A DNA stretch of 34,665 bases, the filler included, from Ferroacidibacillus organovorans (GTDB lineage: Bacteria; Bacillota; Bacilli; Alicyclobacillales; SLC66), in the NCBI RefSeq assembly GCF_001642725.1. It is 5 parts of 5 records of this genome, joined end to end, with 100 filler letters (N's around TTAATTAATTAA, not from the genome) between each part and the next. Parts side by side here need not be neighbours in the genome. Positions count along the whole stretch, not along the records: positions 28,423 to 34,665 come from NZ_LSUQ01000096.1; 4 more parts are not named here. The stretch is one strand, 5' to 3'. A program made the translations under genes and the position numbers. Under the pieces are notes generated by a model. The model was given only the letters and a program-made list of their open reading frames with translations. It was not told the DNA's origin and made no database searches. Shown piece after piece: positions 28,423 through 34,665 of this stretch. The number at the start of each line of letters is the position of its first letter. Positions within the stretch are counted from its first letter, which is position 1.

Positions 28423-29976
28423 GTGCGGGCGCTCGTAAAGTTGCAGGCAAAAACGGCGCGCGTGATTCGCGACGGTCAAGAGATGGACATTCCCACAGAG
28501 CAGGTGGTGACAGGGGATGAGCTGCTCGTGCGGCCGGGGGAGAGCCTCCCGGTGGACGGGATCATCCTGTCGGGGCGGACGTCGATTGATGAATCGATGC
28601 TGACGGGAGAGAGCATGCCTGTGGCAAAAGAGGCGGGCAGTGCGGTGTTTGGCGCGACACTCAACAAGGAAGGCGCATTTCACATGCGGGCGACCAAGGT
28701 GGGGCGCGACACGGCGCTGGCGCAGATCATTCGCATGGTGGACGAGGCGCAGGGGTCGAAGGCGCCGATTCAACAGCTGGCAGACAAGGTGTCGGGGATC
28801 TTTGTGCCGATTGTGCTTGTTGTATCACTCGTGACGTTTATCGGGTGGTATTTTGCGGCCGGGTTCACGCACGCGCTGATCAATGCGGTGGCGGTTCTGG
28901 TCATCGCGTGCCCCTGTTCGCTTGGTCTTGCGACGCCGACGGCGATCATGGTGGGGACAGGAAAAGGCGCCGAGAATGGCATCCTGATCAAGGGCGGCGA
29001 AGCACTCGAACAGGCACATCGACTGACGGCGGTGATCCTTGACAAGACAGGGACGATTACGAGCGGTCGCCCGGAGGTGACAGACGTGGCTGCGCTGTCT
29101 GATCGCGTGTGGGAGCGGGATCTGCTCGCATTGGCAGCCTCTGTTGAGCGCGAGTCGGAGCATCCGCTGGGCGCGGCGATCGTTTCTCATGCGCAAGCGC
29201 AGGGTCTGATTTTGCCGACGGCGAAAGATACAACGGCCATTCCGGGTTATGGCGTGCGCGCAACGGTGGAGGGCATGCTCGTGTTGATTGGCAACCGTGC
29301 CTTCATGGAGCGCGAAGGCGTTGCACTGGAGGACGGGGCTGACAGACAGGCGATAGGCTTTGAAGCGATGGGCAAGACGGCGATGTGGGTGGCGCGCGAT
29401 CGTGAGCTGCTCGGGATCATCGCGGTGGCGGATGGGGTCAGAGAGACGTCGCGGCAGGCGATCGCAGAGATGACTTCGCTCGGGCTTTCAGTGTACATGC
29501 TGACGGGAGATAACCACAAGACAGCACAGGCGATCGCCCAATCGGTGGGGATTGCGGCAGAGCGCGTTTTTGCGGAGGTGCTGCCTCAGCAAAAGGCGGA
29601 GATGGTCAAAAAGCTGCAAGGGGAAGGAAATGTGGTTGGCATGGTGGGCGACGGGATCAACGATGCCCCGGCGCTTGCCTCCGCAGAGATCGGTTTTGCC
29701 ATCGGATCGGGTACGGACGTAGCGATTGAGACGGCGGACATCGCGCTTTTGCGCGGGGATCTGTTGAGCGTGGTCACCGCGATCCGTCTCTCGAACGCGA
29801 CCATAAAAAAAATCCGGCAAAACCTCTTCTGGGCATTTGGCTACAATTCGCTCGGCGTTCCGCTGGCCGCACTCGGGTTCATCAGCCCGGTGATTGCCGG
29901 CGCCGCGATGGCGCTCAGTTCGGTGAGTGTTGTGAGCAACTCTCTGTTGTTGCGGCGTTTTCGCTCGACAGTGTGA
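28423..29976 (+). CDS. copA: Cu(I)-translocating P1B-1 ATPase (5' partial)
   Basis: [31 protein letters not shown] and MALSS. Confidence 0.95.
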   Translation: MRALVKLQAKTARVIRDGQEMDIPTEQVVTGDELLVRPGESLPVDGIILSGRTSIDESMLTGESMPVAKEAGSAVFGATLNKEGAFHMRATKVGRDTALAQIIRMVDEAQGSKAPIQQLADKVSGIFVPIVLVVSLVTFIGWYFAAGFTHALINAVAVLVIACPCSLGLATPTAIMVGTGKGAENGILIKGGEALEQAHRLTAVILDKTGTITSGRPEVTDVAALSDRVWERDLLALAASVERESEHPLGAAIVSHAQAQGLILPTAKDTTAIPGYGVRATVEGMLVLIGNRAFMEREGVALEDGADRQAIGFEAMGKTAMWVARDRELLGIIAVADGVRETSRQAIAEMTSLGLSVYMLTGDNHKTAQAIAQSVGIAAERVFAEVLPQQKAEMVKKLQGEGNVVGMVGDGINDAPALASAEIGFAIGSGTDVAIETADIALLRGDLLSVVTAIRLSNATIKKIRQNLFWAFGYNSLGVPLAALGFISPVIAGAAMALSSVSVVSNSLLLRRFRSTV

Positions 29977-30077
29977 GTTATGGCAGCGCGTTCGTAATGC
30001 GAATTCGGCGGCCAGCGTATTCTCGTGATACCATCGGGTGTGCGCACAGGAAAGCCATTTGAAGGGAGGTGAGGGAG

Positions 30078-30284
30078 ATGGCGGTGGCAACGATTGAGGT
30101 GCAGGGGATGACCTGTCAGGGGTGTGTCAAATCGGTCACGAAGGCGCTGCAGGCGGTTGACGGGGTGACGTCGACGGACGTGAGTCTTGAGAAAAACCAG
30201 GCGACGGTGACCTATGAAGAAGGTAAAACAACGGTTTCGGATTTGAAGTTGGCGATTGAAGATGCCGGATATGATGTGGCGTAA
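30078..30284 (+). CDS. copZ: copper chaperone
   Basis: GMTCQGC HMA motif, AIEDAGY; GGAGG RBS. Confidence 0.93.
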   Translation: MAVATIEVQGMTCQGCVKSVTKALQAVDGVTSTDVSLEKNQATVTYEEGKTTVSDLKLAIEDAGYDVA

Positions 30285-30302
30285 GTGCAGTTTAAAACCG
30301 GA

Positions 30303-30345
30303 GTGGGCGTGCAGGTTCTCACGAATCTGTGCGCTCACGTTTTTT
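30303..30345 (+). terminator. intrinsic terminator after copZ
   Basis: GTGGGCGTGCAGGTTC / GAATCTGTGCGCTCAC stem (with G-U pairs) plus T run. Confidence 0.75.
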
Positions 30346-30431
30346 ATGTCTGCCGATCCTGATTGTCTGATAAACTAGACGTAGTTTTACGATTGCGATG
30401 TGTGGCATGAAAAAGGGGCGGAGGAAAACGT

Positions 30432-30833
30432 ATGAGCATTTTAAACCGGATTCGCACCATTTTGGCGGGCGAACGATATTGCTCTGATGAGCACTTGGAA
30501 GGTTATCACAGGATCGGGCAAGATGTGTACGTTCTTGAGATGGAGCTTTTGGACGCGACAGAGCCGCATGCAAAAGCCATTGCGCGCGCCGCGCGCTGTT
30601 TTCAAGTGATTGGGGATGCGCTTTTGCAGGATGCGCGGGAGGATGATCAGAAGCGCTCGGTGGCGAGCATCACGCATGAGCAGGCGGAGGTATTGTACGG
30701 AAGGATTCCTGATCTCATGGTTGCCGCCAGACAGGAGGCTGCGTTTGCGGGGAGTGCCCGCGTGAGTTTGCCGATTCGACTTGGGAAACGGGTAGAATCT
30801 GGCCATACTTGTCCGCTGGAGCCTTCATGCTAA
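30432..30833 (+). CDS. hypothetical protein, probably 3'-truncated at island junction
   Basis: GGAGG RBS; host-like codon usage that ends abruptly near 30822, where composition turns AT-rich. Confidence 0.55.
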   Translation: MSILNRIRTILAGERYCSDEHLEGYHRIGQDVYVLEMELLDATEPHAKAIARAARCFQVIGDALLQDAREDDQKRSVASITHEQAEVLYGRIPDLMVAARQEAAFAGSARVSLPIRLGKRVESGHTCPLEPSC

Positions 30834-30902
30834 GCCATCTTTCAATGACCTAGTTCAGGTAACTTGGTCAAATAACAGCATCCATCGCAGAAGATAGCCA
30901 AG

Positions 30903-31754
30903 TTAAAAATATTTATGCCAGATATCGATGTGGTTACTAATAAAGGCTTCCAAAGTTGTTCGTAGAACCAACACAGGTATGAAAGGTAGGTGTTTGTTTT
31001 CTCTGACCTTGTCAAACCAGTCCACAAAGCTCGAAATCGCCTTTCTATTCGTCACTAGGACGTAGTAATCAGGTTTATGAACCATCACTTTCAGCATTTC
31101 ATCGTATATTTCCGTTCTCGTAATCTTAGTTTCTGGGTTCACTGAATACTTGCACTGCATGATGCATTTCATGGTAATTGACCTAGTCGGGAATATAGAC
31201 AGCTTCGCTTCATACACGCCATCCCTGCCGCCGTCAGTTCCTTCCGGCAAAAAAATATGATTGCTAAAAAGGTCTAGGTTTTTCAAAACAACGTCGCGAC
31301 AAAGTTCCTCGAAGGCTTGTCCTTGTGATGAATTGCCTGGTTGCATTTTTATCTTAGACCAGTCGATAACAATTTGTGGATGTTTCACCTGATTATATCG
31401 CGCTTCATCGATTGGCTGCTCGACGACCTGACTTGGATCGAATGTAAAATTAAGTCCGGTAGCCGAGGATCGTTGTAAGTTGTCGATGGTTACTTCGAAG
31501 AAGTTGTCACCCCTAATACATACGACAACAGACAAAGATTTAACATTTTCGGTTATAACCGGATCCTTGGAGCGTGAGTGAAAAACCATTAGGGTCGGCT
31601 TGATATTGGGCATAACCGCCTGCGCAGCAGGAGTACTAGCAGAAACTGATGGTGCTAAGGACTCGGCTCTGCAGGATGCGTAGTCGAGCACATCTCCATT
31701 TACGTCGTAGAGGACGCACGGGTTATTTCGAATCTCATCCAACAAGTCTGTCAA
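30903..31754 (-). CDS. Mrr-like PD-(D/E)xK restriction endonuclease domain protein with unknown N-terminal domain
   Basis: IDWSKI..GQAFEELCRD...GTDGGRDG...MQCKYS...YYVLVTN; TTGA overlap with the upstream gene. Confidence 0.75.
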   Translation of the reverse strand: MTDLLDEIRNNPCVLYDVNGDVLDYASCRAESLAPSVSASTPAAQAVMPNIKPTLMVFHSRSKDPVITENVKSLSVVVCIRGDNFFEVTIDNLQRSSATGLNFTFDPSQVVEQPIDEARYNQVKHPQIVIDWSKIKMQPGNSSQGQAFEELCRDVVLKNLDLFSNHIFLPEGTDGGRDGVYEAKLSIFPTRSITMKCIMQCKYSVNPETKITRTEIYDEMLKVMVHKPDYYVLVTNRKAISSFVDWFDKVRENKHLPFIPVLVLRTTLEAFISNHIDIWHKYF

Positions 31755-33817
31755 ATCGAAACACCCCCAATTACATCATCTTCGGGGCGTGTGAGTGCGA
31801 ACCAAAGGATCAACTGGTCTAGTTCATTGAAGTCAGGGTCATTCAGAGATGCATATACGTTGATAAGACAATCCACTACAATGCTTTCAATTCTCTCGAT
31901 CACTCGGTCTGCAGAACCGTTTCCCCGTCCCTGCAATAATGAATCTCTGAGCCTAAGGTAGATGTCGAAGTCGTTTCGGAGCCAGACTCTTGCTTGCCCA
32001 TAGGTGTATCCAGCTTCAGGAATATTCGGACCCGCCATTATAAGAGTTGCTCGGTCGAGCCATCCATATTTTCTAGAATCGTGTTCTTCCTTCAAAAGAC
32101 TCTCAAGACATGTTAAATATCTTAAAAATCGCTGATCAGGAAACTCATAGCGTCGTGCGGATGCAAGTATGTCAAAAGCCCTCCTTACACGATTACTTAT
32201 TGCTGAATCCATCACTGTGGTTTTCCTGAGATAGTCCCCCCATGGAGTCCCAACAGGAAATTTGTCACCAGTTAAGTCCACAGGAAATTTGACTGACCCA
32301 CTCCCTATTCCATTGAAAAGGGTAGTTGCAGATGTTTTTGTATTCGCCGCATACGTGTGATGACCGAGATGATAGTCGTACAAACTACGATTGTCGATTA
32401 GGACTAAAATCGAATTGAGAGTTTCCTCGATTTTTCTCCGACCGTATGTCTTCGCACGCTCTGAATCGTTAGAATCAGCGAAAATCCGCTGTACAAATAC
32501 CCACACCGGTTCATCCAACGGATTCCAGCCCACCTTGTCGACACCTGATATCTTCGAAAAATACTCAGTAACAATGTTGGGGCACTTATCAGAAGGCACG
32601 ATTTTGACGTCGCCCAGATCGACTTCCGCATCCACTTGTAAGTTTTTTACTGGGGCGGCTAACAACCACTCGTCTAGCTTAATTGGAGTCTTGTAGTGGT
32701 TAGTCCACTGACTATTTCGTCCTGGCAACGACACTTCCATGAAATCGTGAAACGTCCGATTAAGATCTTTGGCTTCGCTAAAAAAACCAGCACTAAGGCG
32801 AAGCAGTGCATCGTGACCATACTTGTGAAGGAATGGACGTGGAGACTCCTGATCCGGAAGGTAACTATTGTCAACATCCGCATGTTGTACGACCTTTTCA
32901 ACAAGAAGTAAAATATCGTTGAAAATCTCTTCAATAAAATCAGAAACATATTTTTGCAGTCCAATGAAATTCTCACGGACTACTAACTCTATAAGTTCTT
33001 GTATCTTTAATGGCGGGATTTTTATCGTATTTAAACGGTCTTTGACACCTGCTAGAAGCTTCTGGATAATTTTGTTCGATTCATCAAACCTTTTTCCCAT
33101 TCGAGTATGATACACAACATCTCTGCAAACCGAGTCCACAATTTCCACGAGAACCTTGTGTACGAAGGGTTCTCCCCCTTCGGAAACAGCATGTTTCGCC
33201 GCTTGCGAAGCCAAATCATCACGGAGGAATTCATGGGACTTTTCAACCCAAGATTCGGCATATCTTGCACTCCATGTGTCACAGTATCCCGTACAGAGCA
33301 ATCGATCCCTAACAGCTAAGATGGAATGAAACAACGTTCGACCGTAGAGTGTCCTTCGTTCCTTTGTGTGAGTTGACGTAAAGTTCAGCAAATTATACGA
33401 ATCATGAGCATCAATTACTTGTTTTAAAGTTAGTGTCTGCTTCGGTTTAGTTTCCTCTTCTTCTATTTTCTGATCCTGCGACGCAGGGTTTTCATAACTC
33501 GTGGATAGATCTTTAAGAAAATAGGACAGATACGCTTCCAAGACTTGAACTGTTGTAGGAAAGTCGAAATCCTTAGTGTAGGATTTAATGACCGCTTCAA
33601 CGCTTCCTTCAAATTTTCTACCAAATTTTTCATCCAGAATTTTCATCCAATGAAGTGTGTCGCTACTGAGGTGTCCGTTTGATAGGCTGATACTCCTGCG
33701 GATTAATTGCTGCGATACAGCCATATCAAAATCCCTCAAAAACATCGTGATAATGCGCAAGGTCTCTTCTGAGTAGTCCAAGCTTGCAAATTTCATCGTT
33801 TTTGTCCTTTTAAACAT
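31751..33817 (-). CDS. large protein with C-terminal ApeA-like HEPN domain (RxxxxQ); start may be GTG 33850
   Basis: PVKNL...LGDVKIVP, RRAF...DQRFLRYLTCLESLL...RA...YLRLRDSLLQG. Confidence 0.65.
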   Translation of the reverse strand: MFKRTKTMKFASLDYSEETLRIITMFLRDFDMAVSQQLIRRSISLSNGHLSSDTLHWMKILDEKFGRKFEGSVEAVIKSYTKDFDFPTTVQVLEAYLSYFLKDLSTSYENPASQDQKIEEEETKPKQTLTLKQVIDAHDSYNLLNFTSTHTKERRTLYGRTLFHSILAVRDRLLCTGYCDTWSARYAESWVEKSHEFLRDDLASQAAKHAVSEGGEPFVHKVLVEIVDSVCRDVVYHTRMGKRFDESNKIIQKLLAGVKDRLNTIKIPPLKIQELIELVVRENFIGLQKYVSDFIEEIFNDILLLVEKVVQHADVDNSYLPDQESPRPFLHKYGHDALLRLSAGFFSEAKDLNRTFHDFMEVSLPGRNSQWTNHYKTPIKLDEWLLAAPVKNLQVDAEVDLGDVKIVPSDKCPNIVTEYFSKISGVDKVGWNPLDEPVWVFVQRIFADSNDSERAKTYGRRKIEETLNSILVLIDNRSLYDYHLGHHTYAANTKTSATTLFNGIGSGSVKFPVDLTGDKFPVGTPWGDYLRKTTVMDSAISNRVRRAFDILASARRYEFPDQRFLRYLTCLESLLKEEHDSRKYGWLDRATLIMAGPNIPEAGYTYGQARVWLRNDFDIYLRLRDSLLQGRGNGSADRVIERIESIVVDCLINVYASLNDPDFNELDQLILWFALTRPEDDVIGGVSI

Positions 33818-33972
33818 GACAATCCCCCATACTCGCCAAATATCCTTCACTGCTCACAACAGTGATTATAATGCTGCTCCTTCATGATATCCTCGCGTAG
33901 CAGTAAAGTCCGATTGCATGACCTTCCACTATCTTGGCACAATTTCGACTGCACTTTTTAGACAACGAGATA

Positions 33973-34345
33973 TCACTGTATTGCGAACCCATACCGACGA
34001 TAAAAGTCGACCGCATCGTGCTCCGTCTCAGCAGTTAATTCGGGGGGGATTCTCCAACTTCAAGAGTTTATCAATCATTCGTCGATCGATACCACAGTTA
34101 CGCTTGTGCTCATCGACCGCAATGTGAAGAATTTCGGCAGAGACTCCTTCGCCTTTGAATCCAATGATACCTAACGCCAAGCCATTGTTATTCATGAAAA
34201 CATACAGTTTCGCATTGTCTTGCGATTACACTTGCTCCAAAATATTGCTGAGCTTTTTATCCGTAGCGGAACTGACTGTATTCTACAACAACTGTTTTAC
34301 CCGCTCAATGGGTGTGACGTTATTCCTGTGATTAACCAACGTCAA
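33973..34345 (-). pseudogene. GNAT N-acetyltransferase pseudogene
   Basis: GIIG..EILHIAVDEHKRNCGI.RRMI../ L.AETEHDAVDFYRRYGF; two in-frame stops, a +1 frameshift at the G7 run (34042-34048) and an early end; AAAGGGG RBS before TTG. Confidence 0.75.
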
Positions 34346-34489
34346 AAACAACACCCCTTTCCTTAGCAACCAAGTCTTTTCTGTCGCAAAACTGCCCGAA
34401 ATCTGAACAATCCTATCACATTTTCACGATTTGTTTGAGCGTATAACGGCAGGTTCCAATCAGAATCTTACGGTGCCTCGTACCACTTG

Positions 34490-34665
34490 TCAGCGCTCAT
34501 CCTCGACATTCAATCCCAATTCCTGTGCCAGTTTTTCTCGACCCATCGCCGTGACAACAATGGATCGTCGGACGGGACCTCTGCGGATCCAGTCTAGTTC
34601 CAACAGGCGTTTTGTCACCGCTAGCGCGATAGGTCCCGCCATGTGATGAACCCGTTCGGTCCAAT
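34490..34665 (-). CDS. C-terminus of ArsR/SmtB (YdfF-like) transcriptional regulator (partial)
   Basis: Manual translation WTERVHHMAGPIA...LLELDWIRR...RSIVVTAMGRE matches the DWxERxxHxAG tail. Confidence 0.75.
   Translation of the reverse strand, partial: WTERVHHMAGPIALAVTKRLLELDWIRRGPVRRSIVVTAMGREKLAQELGLNVEDER

Noticed and set aside
30020..30045. CsoR operator upstream of copZ (ATACCATCGGGTGTG)
   Set aside because: Only partly palindromic; too weak to call

Overview
This window is five draft-assembly contigs (1-7254, 7355-14534, 14635-21703, 21804-28322, 28423-34665) joined by artificial N44-TTAATTAATTAA-N44 spacers, so adjacency across spacers means nothing. The host looks like a spore-forming Bacillota (T-box leuS, spoVK, prkA/yhbH, CymR box); Alicyclobacillaceae-like is my inference only. 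Most of it is GC-rich core genome: def, NCS2 permease, fabH, an RlmI-like methyltransferase, cysH-sat-sir-sirB, pcrA, tRNA-Asn/Ser, leuS, dapF, spoVK and copA-copZ. Two AT-richer accessory regions stand out. (1) Contig 3 (about 7 kb) ends in a perfect 70-bp inverted repeat resembling IS256-family ends. It carries three HEPN-type proteins, a PD-(D/E)xK-like protein and an IS-truncated HNH-like gene. It also holds two diverged copies of an unannotated promoter / 91-nt element / ORF-stub module. (2) Downstream of copZ is a translationally coupled pair: a large ApeA-like HEPN protein with the catalytic His replaced by Gln, and an Mrr-like endonuclease. This pair is a candidate undescribed defence system. 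Other oddities are a fabH with no canonical start codon, a prkA-yhbH fragment truncated at both outer ends, and several pseudogenes.
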